A DNA stretch of 64,000 bases from a phage (GCA_020241125.1 GCA_020241125.1_4708.1), one strand, 5' to 3'. Counted from the first letter of the stretch, positions 10,103 to 19,361 are shown. Notes: generated by a model not told the origin, from the letters alone. Made by a program: numbers and translations.

Positions 10103-10126
10103 GAGGGGGTATTATCCCACCCCCTC
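10103..10126 (-). terminator. GC hairpin (GAGGGGGT/ACCCCCTC) followed by U-rich tract in minus sense
   Basis: Inverted repeat after stop of 10137..10670. Confidence 0.5.
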
Positions 10127-10136
10127 GTAGGGATTA

Positions 10137-10670
10137 CTACTTAACGACCGCGATGATTTTGCCGCTCGCACCGGCGTAATATGCCGTTAATTCACCAGTA
10201 AACAACTCTTGTAAAAGACGATTTACATGACTAACAAAGTTAGGATTGTCTGATTTTACAAACTCGATATTGCGCGTTTGTTTTATATCACGATCGATTA
10301 AACGTATTTCCAACAACGCACAAATAAGGCGATCGTCGAGTTTACCACTCGTATCCAACACTTCCCCATACGTCGTAGCACGGACGTCCGCATACATACG
10401 GTCAACATCATCCTTCCCAAAACCACAGGAATAGGCGTACGTTGCGATGGTATTACCGTTGTCCATCACGTAAACGTTACCGCCCGGGTAATCGATAAAT
10501 CGTTGATCCTTATCGCCATGAGCGACGAACTCCAGTGTCGGTCTACCCATCGAATCACGGTTGAATTCAATTGTGGTCAAACGGTCAGGCACCACATGCA
10601 ACGTAAACGGTTTCGCGTTGTTACGATCGCTAGTATCGCAGTTACCCATTACTTTTACGATAACACTCAT
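10137..10670 (-). CDS. hypothetical protein (177 aa), paralog of 9502..10050
   Basis: See paralog. Confidence 0.6.
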   Translation of the reverse strand: MSVIVKVMGNCDTSDRNNAKPFTLHVVPDRLTTIEFNRDSMGRPTLEFVAHGDKDQRFIDYPGGNVYVMDNGNTIATYAYSCGFGKDDVDRMYADVRATTYGEVLDTSGKLDDRLICALLEIRLIDRDIKQTRNIEFVKSDNPNFVSHVNRLLQELFTGELTAYYAGASGKIIAVVK

Positions 10671-10747
10671 GTTTTATTCCTTAGTAGTCCTAGTAGTAGT
10701 AGTATTGAGGAATTTCACCTCATTAGATAGTCTATTTTGGTAATGTT

Positions 10748-11047
10748 TTACTGAAACAAGACATTAAATTCGACAAGATACCCATCGGATCTATCACCAC
10801 GATATCTGTTGCAGAAAACACCGAATTTCATCAAGAACGCACATAACTCTTCGGCTTTGTATAACGGAATACGATTTTCGTCGAGCAGAGGGCAACTATG
10901 GCTAACCCGCTCCGACGAATCAACGCAACACAAATAAAGAAGGAACCGAACAATAGCTCGGTTCTTAGTGAAGCTCTCGAATTCACCCGCAGTTCTGAAC
11001 TCATCGAGGAGCTTTGTCGTTTTCTTCAATCGTTCACGATCGAGCAT
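10748..11047 (-). CDS. hypothetical protein (99 aa)
   Basis: ORF track. Confidence 0.45.
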   Translation of the reverse strand: MLDRERLKKTTKLLDEFRTAGEFESFTKNRAIVRFLLYLCCVDSSERVSHSCPLLDENRIPLYKAEELCAFLMKFGVFCNRYRGDRSDGYLVEFNVLFQ

Positions 11048-11110
11048 GTTAACCTCAATACGAACATAACCCTCCTCCTTCCCTGTTGGGTTGGAGGAGG
11101 GAATATGCTG

Positions 11111-11425
11111 TTATTCTGTTTTCGGTGTTGAACCGTTCTTCTTGAAGTCGGATTCGTATTTCACGTTAGAATCGAGAACCTCACGAACGGTTTTATCCGT
11201 ACAACCACGAGCGATGTATGCATTAAGATCATCACGTAATTTACGCATCGTTGTTTTATCCGCATCAGAAACATCTGACTTGGTAAGACGGAATGCGATT
11301 GCATCGCGAATTTTATTCAACGTTGCTGGGTTATTACGCTGTTCTGCAAATACCGCTTTGATGAACTTATCGCTATCTTTCGAAGCAATAGCAGCATCAA
11401 GAATCTCAATATGCTTTTCAGACAT
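11111..11425 (-). CDS. hypothetical protein (104 aa)
   Basis: ORF track. Confidence 0.5.
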   Translation of the reverse strand: MSEKHIEILDAAIASKDSDKFIKAVFAEQRNNPATLNKIRDAIAFRLTKSDVSDADKTTMRKLRDDLNAYIARGCTDKTVREVLDSNVKYESDFKKNGSTPKTE

Positions 11426-11476
11426 CTTCTTTCCTTTAATAAACGATCATCGTCATATTCATTGCGCGTGACGTCG

Positions 11477-12730
11477 TCACTTCAGAAGCTTAGACGCCGC
11501 CATGCTTCGCGCCTTCGCAACGTCATACGCATCCATGATTGCGTCACCGATAGCGGTATGACGGATCAACGGAATACCCATATCTGGATACTCTTTGGTA
11601 CCTAAGATGGATACCGGTTTGTCTTGATATGCGGCAATCATCGAACGGATATCCTGAACCTGGTTATAACGACAAACTGGCTTAAAGCCTGCTTTACGGA
11701 ACCAATGCTCTAATTGAGGCCAATCTGTTTCACCGCGAGCAAGATAATAGAAGGCATCCTTACCGTAATATTCGGTCATTTCATCACGGATATTGTTAAC
11801 AAACGCATTCACTGTGGTAATGGCTTCTTTATAGTCCATCACTCCGTCATGCTGAAAACAATAGTCGCGCGCTTCCTTCGGTGCTTTGGTTTGCCACCAT
11901 TCTACCGTGGACTTACTAATATCACCACCATCAGCGATTTGACCATAAACGTCAGGGAAGATATCTATACGTGGGCCGTTAATAACAGATTCTGGATTAG
12001 CTAGATCAAAGAACAAGATGCCGATTTCCAGCAGTACCCCGTTCTTTTCCAGACTGAGATTCTCCACATCCAGGCAAAACGCAGGTTTCTCTACCGCTGA
12101 AAAATCAAAATATCCTTCGAAACGTGGCGTTGGTTCAGCAGCGAGAAACGTCTCATGGACGAACTGAGAGAATGTCTTATTCTCTGCTACTAAGTCAATG
12201 CCCAATTTACTTAGCAGTGGTATAAGCGCACGGTCGTTCTGCTCGATTATCACCAACTCTTGGTTTTTGATATAACGACCAATTGAGTAAAAAAGATGAA
12301 CGATATCTAACGGTTTATACGGAGCCCCAAATGTTGTTCCCTGGAACGACTGAGCTAGCGCCTTATGCGTTTCTTCGCGATGATTCATCAGTTGGATAAT
12401 AGCGCAGCGCAGATAATACCGTAATGTTATCTCGTGAAGATGCGACGTATCTTCCTGAAATAACGTCATGAAACCGTGATACGTATAATACTCTCCTCTT
12501 TTAATTTCTTCGAGGAGTTCTTTGTCCCCATTTATTTCCTCTGGTGTTATCGGTTCGATTTGATCGTGGATAATGTTGAGCAGGTCACTGCCGTGTACCT
12601 TAAACAGTTTTTCAACGTCAAGATTAGGTAAAGTCGCAATCGCCGCGTACATTAATGTTTCTGCGGGATTAAGTTCTTTATTGTCAATTGTGATGGTTAA
12701 AGCCATTTTGTTATACCTCATCGAAATCAA
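11477..12730 (-). CDS. putative 3'-5' exonuclease, DnaQ-like DEDDh-type C-terminal domain (417 aa)
   Basis: CLDVENLSL (Exo I-like D-x-E) and IRHTAIGDAIMDAYDV (Exo III-like H-x-A-x-x-D...D); N-terminal ~200 aa unassigned. Confidence 0.45.
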   Translation of the reverse strand: MISMRYNKMALTITIDNKELNPAETLMYAAIATLPNLDVEKLFKVHGSDLLNIIHDQIEPITPEEINGDKELLEEIKRGEYYTYHGFMTLFQEDTSHLHEITLRYYLRCAIIQLMNHREETHKALAQSFQGTTFGAPYKPLDIVHLFYSIGRYIKNQELVIIEQNDRALIPLLSKLGIDLVAENKTFSQFVHETFLAAEPTPRFEGYFDFSAVEKPAFCLDVENLSLEKNGVLLEIGILFFDLANPESVINGPRIDIFPDVYGQIADGGDISKSTVEWWQTKAPKEARDYCFQHDGVMDYKEAITTVNAFVNNIRDEMTEYYGKDAFYYLARGETDWPQLEHWFRKAGFKPVCRYNQVQDIRSMIAAYQDKPVSILGTKEYPDMGIPLIRHTAIGDAIMDAYDVAKARSMAASKLLK

Positions 12731-12731
12731 A

Positions 12732-13073
12732 TTAGTTCAGTTCTGGTTTATTAGCAGCCAAACCAAGTCCAGCTAATATCACGTAGTCGTACCAAGCTTT
12801 TACTTTTGCTTTCGCCTCATCTAAACTATCTGCGTTGATGTGCGAAAACTCATCGTTGACTGGGAAAGGTGAATCGCAGTCGTAGCTTGTATAGTCTTTC
12901 CAACCTTTCCATTCGATAGTTAGAGAACCAAAAACGGTCTCAGCAACAACGTGGTTATAGCGACATTCTTCACATGGCGAGCGCTCTTCCGACCAAACAA
13001 GCTCATGCTGCGCTAAAAGTTGTTGTACGACCGATAACGGTTGCTCTTCATTAAGTTCGATGCTGTCTATCAT
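12732..13073 (-). CDS. hypothetical protein (113 aa)
   Basis: ORF track. Confidence 0.5.
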   Translation of the reverse strand: MIDSIELNEEQPLSVVQQLLAQHELVWSEERSPCEECRYNHVVAETVFGSLTIEWKGWKDYTSYDCDSPFPVNDEFSHINADSLDEAKAKVKAWYDYVILAGLGLAANKPELN

Positions 13074-13666
13074 CGTATACCCTCCTTTTCCTTATCGTAA
13101 TCGCTGCAAATATTGACAAACGCAGTATTATCAGACAGCGTGGCGACCATCTGACGGATTGCGGCCAACGGTTCAAGTTTAGGATTGATTGATTCACCGG
13201 TCAACGCGCTTATTGCTCGTGTGATCTCAACCAAATCAACGTTCGGGTCGTTATCATCGATGATGAGCAGACTCTTCGCTGGTTTCTGACGACGTTTGAT
13301 GATCAACAAATACGTGATGAGGTTCTCACGCCAAGCATCAGAATCCAGATTGCGTATCAGGGTTAACGCGCGACGTTCTTCCGCCCACGATGGTTTCTCA
13401 CGGATAACAGGCATGTAAGATAACTGCTCAGCAAGCCCTTTCAAACTGACACGGTTGGTACCACCAGGATGCTCACTAATCCGCAACATCTCGGTTAACA
13501 GACGGACATAGGCGGCTGTTGTCGAAACACCCCTCAACGGCAGGAACACATTATGTCCTGGGACACCATCGTGACTCAGCGGTGCGATATACGCCATGAA
13601 TCGCCGAATATCATCATCGGTCTGTTCCCCAGCAACGAACTTAAACGCTTCACGTAAAACGCTCAC
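13070..13666 (-). CDS. hypothetical protein (198 aa)
   Basis: ORF track. Confidence 0.5.
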   Translation of the reverse strand: MSVLREAFKFVAGEQTDDDIRRFMAYIAPLSHDGVPGHNVFLPLRGVSTTAAYVRLLTEMLRISEHPGGTNRVSLKGLAEQLSYMPVIREKPSWAEERRALTLIRNLDSDAWRENLITYLLIIKRRQKPAKSLLIIDDNDPNVDLVEITRAISALTGESINPKLEPLAAIRQMVATLSDNTAFVNICSDYDKEKEGIR

Positions 13667-13952
13667 TATGAAGTCTCCTTAATGTTTCTTGCATACGTAG
13701 TCTCTTCGGCAGAAATAGACGTTTGTATAGATCAATTAACAGATAACGCATAACAGAAGCGACCGCCAGGTATTCACCTTCAGCTTCCGAATAACGTATC
13801 ATGTTAATTGGGTAATTCAAATAAGAATAAGAAAAGAGATCATCGTTGGTAAGGTGATGATCTTCAAGATACTGACGAAACAATTTTGCTAAGGCATCGT
13901 ACTCCATTCCGTAGTAACACAACGACACCTGTCTTGCAGATAGTCGTTTCAT
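13650..13952 (-). CDS. hypothetical protein (100 aa)
   Basis: ORF track. Confidence 0.45.
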   Translation of the reverse strand: MKRLSARQVSLCYYGMEYDALAKLFRQYLEDHHLTNDDLFSYSYLNYPINMIRYSEAEGEYLAVASVMRYLLIDLYKRLFLPKRLRMQETLRRLHSERFT

Positions 13953-14791
13953 GCTGGGTTACCTTTTAGTTTTCCACGTATCATGTCGACAACGCGTGAG
14001 GGATCAGAAATAACATTGGCGATAAGATGATCGATAGGTAGGTCGAGAATGATATTCTTCAGCTGGAAAGCCGTATCTTTACGACGCACGCCGTAGAACA
14101 CGCCATCTTTAAACACAACCTCGTACGAGATGGGGAGCTGGCTAATAACCGTGTTAGCGTAATCACCCAACCACATCGACCCCGCCATCAGATGCGCACA
14201 AACCGCATGACTAATACGCACATCTTTGTTCTTCCGGTTAACGTCTTTAGTTTTCGACATGGTAACCAGAAGCTCACCGATCTTACTCAGCATATCGTCG
14301 TATACCCCAAAGAACTTAATCAGTTGTCGGGCACCTAACGATATATATGTTTCTCGTGGTAAGACACAACACACCTGCGGTAACGTTCCAACCCCATAGA
14401 CACAACTGTGTGGTGATAATGGAAGCAAATCAGCAACCGCGTTCTTGATGTTGTTATACTCAACGATATCGTTGAACGGTGAAAGACCTTTCGTAATCGG
14501 TTTATCAATCGCCACATCGAACTCCGCGAACGTCCATGCTGCTTTACGTGGTTCCCCTTTCTGGTACGGTGGAGCCAGTACCGCGACAACACGAAGTCGA
14601 TGTTCATGGGTATCACGTAGCTTAAGTTGGATACCCTCACCGTCACCCTCACGCACAAGTGAGTAGCGGCTTGCGCAGTCATCACATACCACCGTTGGTT
14701 CGTGTTGACCGTATGCTGCAAGCATCGGTTTACTAAGATCTTTATCACAGTGTTTACAGCGATGATCCTGTTCCTGATAACTGATTTTCAC
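13949..14791 (-). CDS. hypothetical protein with N-terminal Cys4 zinc-ribbon-like motif (280 aa)
   Basis: CKHCDKD...VVCDDCASRY near N-terminus. Confidence 0.5.
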   Translation of the reverse strand: MKISYQEQDHRCKHCDKDLSKPMLAAYGQHEPTVVCDDCASRYSLVREGDGEGIQLKLRDTHEHRLRVVAVLAPPYQKGEPRKAAWTFAEFDVAIDKPITKGLSPFNDIVEYNNIKNAVADLLPLSPHSCVYGVGTLPQVCCVLPRETYISLGARQLIKFFGVYDDMLSKIGELLVTMSKTKDVNRKNKDVRISHAVCAHLMAGSMWLGDYANTVISQLPISYEVVFKDGVFYGVRRKDTAFQLKNIILDLPIDHLIANVISDPSRVVDMIRGKLKGNPA

Positions 14792-14806
14792 ACCGAGACC
14801 CCTTTG

Positions 14807-15763
14807 TTAATGCAAGACACGATCTGCTGGAATTATCGTGGCATTGCTGTCGGACAGATTCGTCGCTTTACGATCAGGACTGAATCGACGAGCGTTCTCT
14901 TCATGGTAGTTGACGGGGTTATCCTGTTTTAACAGTTCCATTGCCTCATCAAACGTTAGTTCCCGAAATCCTCTTGGATAGAGGAACAGGGGTTCATCAA
15001 CATCCAACCCTTTAACAAACCCGTGCGACAACCAGACGCTGCCATCAGCACTGTAAAGAACCGGCTCAACGTCATAATCCAAGACGTATTGATACCAATA
15101 ATTAAACAGTTGAGCAATCCACCGATTACGTAATAAGTAATCGATCATAACCGCACTGCGCACGCTGTGGCACCAGCCGATCTTACCATCGACTTTCTGC
15201 AACAACGTACCCTCATTTGCTTGATGAATAACCGCATTAAATAACCACGCGAGATCGGTTGCGAAAAGTGCGGCTTCTTGAATATCGCTAATGTAACGCA
15301 CGGGTATCGTCAGATGCGTGCGGTAATGCGACATCGCCTCTTCGTAGTTGTCTCCTTCGATGCAGAGAGTCCCGTTTGGTGACAGATGCCCCTGATTCAA
15401 CGACTGACCAATATAAAGATCAGCGATCGCGTTAATGTATTCGACGGTACCCAAGGTTAACTCAGACATAAAACAATCGACATCAACAGCCATCGATGTA
15501 CTGGAAACAAACGGATTGGTTGGGTGAGTTGTATTAGAGAAAATAATAGACCAAACCGCTTCATGTTTTTCATCCGATGGCAAAAACGAAATATGGCGTT
15601 CTGCGCTATTATCGACAACAAATACCTTTACGGTTTTCAAGCAGTTAGTACAAACATAGCACGTGTTCGGCAACGGCATATCCGAAAACATATCGTAACG
15701 AATCGATGCCAGCGAAATGTCATGTCCGCAATGAGGGCATGTCGTATCAATAAGCGTTTTCAT
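14807..15763 (-). CDS. hypothetical protein with N-terminal CxxC...CxxC motif (318 aa)
   Basis: CPHCGHD...CYVCTNC. Confidence 0.5.
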   Translation of the reverse strand: MKTLIDTTCPHCGHDISLASIRYDMFSDMPLPNTCYVCTNCLKTVKVFVVDNSAERHISFLPSDEKHEAVWSIIFSNTTHPTNPFVSSTSMAVDVDCFMSELTLGTVEYINAIADLYIGQSLNQGHLSPNGTLCIEGDNYEEAMSHYRTHLTIPVRYISDIQEAALFATDLAWLFNAVIHQANEGTLLQKVDGKIGWCHSVRSAVMIDYLLRNRWIAQLFNYWYQYVLDYDVEPVLYSADGSVWLSHGFVKGLDVDEPLFLYPRGFRELTFDEAMELLKQDNPVNYHEENARRFSPDRKATNLSDSNATIIPADRVLH

Positions 15764-16026
15764 TATTGAATTCCTTTTGATAAGAATAACTGAATATCGG
15801 TAAACTGTTCTTCAGGAACATCGTCAGCGGCCGTTAGAACCTTAGGACCGTGTTCATTGAGGTAAGCTTCCCGTAGACAATGATGACGTCGATTGGCTTC
15901 CTGGAACTCAGTGTCCGTCATGTAAACCAGCGTAAACTTCGAACGTTTATTCGGATTATATCTCTTATTACGTTTCTTTGGTTTCTTCGCCATAATAGCC
16001 TCGTGAAGGTGGATGGATACACCCAT
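15763..16026 (-). CDS. hypothetical small basic protein (87 aa)
   Basis: ORF track; Lys/Arg-rich N-terminus. Confidence 0.45.
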   Translation of the reverse strand: MGVSIHLHEAIMAKKPKKRNKRYNPNKRSKFTLVYMTDTEFQEANRRHHCLREAYLNEHGPKVLTAADDVPEEQFTDIQLFLSKGIQ

Positions 16027-16041
16027 CCACCTTCCTCCATG

Positions 16042-16563
16042 TTAAAGTGCGTTCAATTCTTCAGGCGTACGTACAGTACGCGTGTTGGGATCAACCATTG
16101 CTGGCACGCCCGCTGGACATTTACGGACATCGATCCGCATCTCCGGCTCGATCGGACGAACGCGATACGTTTTGCCGTCATCGGTTAACACCGAAATGGT
16201 CAACGCTTGGTTCAATTCACTAACGAAGTTCACCAAACGCTGTTGTCCACCCTTCGACCAGAAGTTAAGATCGGTTTCTCCATTGAAATAACTGATTCCA
16301 TCAGCGGTTCCAATCGTGATTTTAACGATACCCGGATAGTCACGAAGAAGAGGTGCCTGATAACCTTCATCTTCCGTATCCAGTTTTACCCACGCGCCCC
16401 CCGTAGACAAGCAGTTAACTTCCAAGGCGGTTGGTGCGCTGACTTCCGCCGATGACCAGGTATACATCGTGCCTAGTTTAGCGTGTCCGGTTTCCAGCTC
16501 GCTGTAATCCCAAGCATGTGCTGATGCCGTAATAAATAAAGCCGCAAGAAACAACTTTTTCAT
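16042..16563 (-). CDS. predicted secreted/periplasmic protein (173 aa) with Sec-type signal peptide
   Basis: N-terminus MKKLFLAALFITASAHA|WDY: basic n-region, hydrophobic core, AxA cleavage motif. Confidence 0.55.
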   Translation of the reverse strand: MKKLFLAALFITASAHAWDYSELETGHAKLGTMYTWSSAEVSAPTALEVNCLSTGGAWVKLDTEDEGYQAPLLRDYPGIVKITIGTADGISYFNGETDLNFWSKGGQQRLVNFVSELNQALTISVLTDDGKTYRVRPIEPEMRIDVRKCPAGVPAMVDPNTRTVRTPEELNAL

Positions 16564-16618
16564 TCTTTTCGATTCCTATTAAAAGTGACCGATTTCTGTG
16601 GTCGAGATTGCTAATAAA

Positions 16619-17080
16619 TTAATTCCGGTTTTGTTTCCGTATTGCACGGTTACGTTTACGTTCTTGGTCTTTGATGGCACCAAGAAACTTCTTTAATTCT
16701 GACGGTTCGAGCGTACCCTCACATACCACACCGTTTTGTTCGATATGGTACGACCAATAACCAACTTCAGCCGTTAAGGATAACGTTGTCGGCTGCTCAT
16801 CGGGTAACGATCGGGGTGAGAAAATAAAGAGTAATTCAAAAGGCGTTTCTCGGCTGATGATGGGACGGATACTAACATCAAGCCCCTCCCATCGCTGAGG
16901 TTTAAATATTCCTCCAGCCGCGACGATTGTCTCCGAGCGTTGTTCTACAAGCTCGGCTAATTCACGATCGTCATTGAAATAAATATCGTGAAGGATATCC
17001 GTATCGATAAAAAACCCGCGATCCGAATCGTGACGAACAATGGAATTCTTCATTCTAACGCCTTTGTTGTTTGTTTTCAT
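16619..17080 (-). CDS. hypothetical protein (153 aa)
   Basis: ORF track. Confidence 0.5.
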   Translation of the reverse strand: MKTNNKGVRMKNSIVRHDSDRGFFIDTDILHDIYFNDDRELAELVEQRSETIVAAGGIFKPQRWEGLDVSIRPIISRETPFELLFIFSPRSLPDEQPTTLSLTAEVGYWSYHIEQNGVVCEGTLEPSELKKFLGAIKDQERKRNRAIRKQNRN

Positions 17081-17129
17081 GTCCTATACGAACATGAAAA
17101 ACCGTTAATTTTTACCATAGCCGCGTGCG

Positions 17130-17405
17130 TTAAAATTCCACACCGCGACCTGTCATCGACGAAGGAACCGCGCGATAATAGAAGTAGATGTAATGGTCAC
17201 GATGGCTAAAATAGTTTTTGCAAGCATAGAACTCTCCAGATCCAATGAATGATTTAATACGTGTAACTTGAGGGTGTCGTGCGATTAACGCCTGTATGAC
17301 GATTTCCATTTGGTGTGCGCTCAAGCCTGGTCGAGCTGCAACATGATAATGAAGCTCTCTAAGAAATTGTTTCCAGGGGTCGTGGTGTGTCGATGATCGA
17401 GACAT
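17130..17405 (-). CDS. hypothetical protein (91 aa)
   Basis: ORF track; AAGGAGA RBS 5 nt upstream of ATG. Confidence 0.5.
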   Translation of the reverse strand: MSRSSTHHDPWKQFLRELHYHVAARPGLSAHQMEIVIQALIARHPQVTRIKSFIGSGEFYACKNYFSHRDHYIYFYYRAVPSSMTGRGVEF

Positions 17406-17443
17406 CTTTATCTCCTTAACAGGTGCTGGTAACGCAGCATAAA

Positions 17444-17461
17444 CCCTCCCCGAAGGGAGGG
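17444..17461 (-). terminator. hairpin CCCTCCC-CGAA-GGGAGGG with UUUAUGCUG tail in minus sense
   Basis: Perfect 7-bp inverted repeat after stop of 17472..18029. Confidence 0.5.
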
Positions 17462-17471
17462 CGGTTGACGA

Positions 17472-18029
17472 TTACTCCATCCATACTTCTTCGTCGTAAT
17501 GATTTTCTATCGCATTACGCCAAAAACGTACGGTGTCCAAACTAATCGGTGCGTAAAAATGTTGGTCAACGCCGACGTTAAGTCCGTTGGCCTTCGCTAA
17601 CATACAACGATGAATATGCCCGAATAGATTAAAGTAGCCTGGGTTTCTTTCGCTGGGTTTATGGCATAGCCAGTAGGATTCGTCATTGCTAATCGGCAAC
17701 ACCAACGGATGTTCATAAACAGCAGCAAACCCCATACCGAGCAGTTTATCACGCCACGCTTCGAAGCTTAATCCTGTCGCTTTGTATGCGTCTTCGTCCC
17801 AATTCCCCATTACCAATTGAACCTGGATATCAGAACGAATGGCTTCCACGAACTCGAACTTACCCCAATCACCTAAATGCCATAACACACTGTTCTTTGG
17901 AAGATTGTTGATGGCTTTCAGCATATGCTGGTTCATATCGGCGACGCTTGCGAACGGACGGCGTGAATACGTCCATGTACGCTCGCTATCAAAATGGGTA
18001 TCCGACATAAAGAAGATGGGTGGGGTCAT
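17472..18029 (-). CDS. calcineurin-like metallophosphoesterase (185 aa)
   Basis: Ordered motifs FMSDTH (D-x-H), GDWG (GD), GNWD (GNH[DE]-like), GHIH (GHxH). Confidence 0.6.
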   Translation of the reverse strand: MTPPIFFMSDTHFDSERTWTYSRRPFASVADMNQHMLKAINNLPKNSVLWHLGDWGKFEFVEAIRSDIQVQLVMGNWDEDAYKATGLSFEAWRDKLLGMGFAAVYEHPLVLPISNDESYWLCHKPSERNPGYFNLFGHIHRCMLAKANGLNVGVDQHFYAPISLDTVRFWRNAIENHYDEEVWME

Positions 18030-18508
18030 TGATCTAATTGCTCCAGAAATGCACGACCCGATTTACTTGCTTTTAAATGCTGTTCTGCGGAAGTAAGCAG
18101 AAGATCGGTTGGCGTGTATGCAGCGCTACCTTTCCACTCTGTTTTCAGTTTACCCTCTTCGATACTGAACTGAATCAGTTGTTGGGTACCGAAGTTAAGC
18201 GTGTTCGTCGCGGCGCTAAATACGCCACCCATCATGCTGTAACCAAAGACTTTCACGTTTTCCGTGTAGAAGTCATTGTCGATCAATTTGTTCTGGAGCT
18301 CGAGTTGGTCGGACGGCAGCAATCCTCCGTCAAAGACACTTAAAATACCAGCCAGGCGATACATACTCACCTTTCCTGAAACGCCCACCACGTAATTGCC
18401 GTACAGTGTTTCTTCCAGTTTAGCAACAACGGTGCGATCGTCGGAGGTTTTCATCGAAACCTCAATACCATCACCAACTTCTGTTAACGTTAAATCAACG
18501 ATACTCAT
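18026..18508 (-). CDS. hypothetical protein (160 aa)
   Basis: ORF track. Confidence 0.5.
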   Translation of the reverse strand: MSIVDLTLTEVGDGIEVSMKTSDDRTVVAKLEETLYGNYVVGVSGKVSMYRLAGILSVFDGGLLPSDQLELQNKLIDNDFYTENVKVFGYSMMGGVFSAATNTLNFGTQQLIQFSIEEGKLKTEWKGSAAYTPTDLLLTSAEQHLKASKSGRAFLEQLDQ

Positions 18509-18530
18509 TCATTATTCTCCGCTTTCATGT

Positions 18531-19217
18531 TTAACACATGATTTCACCATGTTTCTTTTCAACATACGTATAAACATCATCCAAATAAGCAATGAGTTTA
18601 TCACGATCCGCACAGAGCGATTTAATCATCGCAATCTCTTTCATATAAAGCTGCTGACCTAACGCCGGATAGGTAATCCAAGCGTAGCCGTCAGGCGCAA
18701 ATTTAGAAATAAGATAATCGGCGGTTTCCTGTAATGCGAACTCTTTGCTCATCTGGCCGTAACGATGTTCGATTGCACGGATACCAAAACGTTCGCTATC
18801 GAGACGGCCCATATCCGCCAGACGAAGCACTTGAGAGGCAACCGAACTACGTGGACCAGAATACGAGGCACGATGTTCAGCAATAAGTACGCGTATCTCC
18901 TCGATGTCTTCCGGTGTGAAAATATGCTGCTCGTTACGAAGCAGGATAACCGATGCACGAATACCCCCGATAAGGTGGTGGTATGTTCTGTTTTCGTGGC
19001 AAGCGATATCATGCATAAATGCAGCGGTTAATAGACGACGACGTTCCGTGGGTCTGATGATCCCAACCACATCAGCAAGTTCATTTGCCAGTTCAACAAC
19101 GGCAAGCACATGTTCTTCTTGATGTGCAAGATCGTTCTTCCGAATATTTTCAATTACTTCAGCGCGAGTTTCCCGAGATAAGAAATTTAAACAATCCAAC
19201 GAATATAAAGATTTCAT
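18531..19217 (-). CDS. hypothetical protein (228 aa), possible HD-motif hydrolase
   Basis: AAFMHDIACHENRTYHH contains an HD dyad (weak); AAAGAGG RBS; promoter-like motif 40 nt upstream. Confidence 0.5.
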   Translation of the reverse strand: MKSLYSLDCLNFLSRETRAEVIENIRKNDLAHQEEHVLAVVELANELADVVGIIRPTERRRLLTAAFMHDIACHENRTYHHLIGGIRASVILLRNEQHIFTPEDIEEIRVLIAEHRASYSGPRSSVASQVLRLADMGRLDSERFGIRAIEHRYGQMSKEFALQETADYLISKFAPDGYAWITYPALGQQLYMKEIAMIKSLCADRDKLIAYLDDVYTYVEKKHGEIMC

Positions 19218-19262
19218 TGCACGTACCTCTTTGAATCTATTAATAAATTTTCTTTACTCACG

Positions 19263-19282
19263 TAAGTAATATAGCCGTGAAA
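19263..19282 (-). promoter_or_regulatory. conserved promoter-like motif, copy 1 (minus sense TTTCACGGCTATATTACTTA)
   Basis: One of four near-identical copies; TATATTAC core ~40 nt upstream of ATG at 19217. Confidence 0.5.
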
Positions 19283-19361
19283 GGATTTGTGTTGGTCCGT
19301 TTCGATACCCATCGTATTTTATGGATTGTCGAATGACGTCATTTTAAGGGACATCCCCGGC

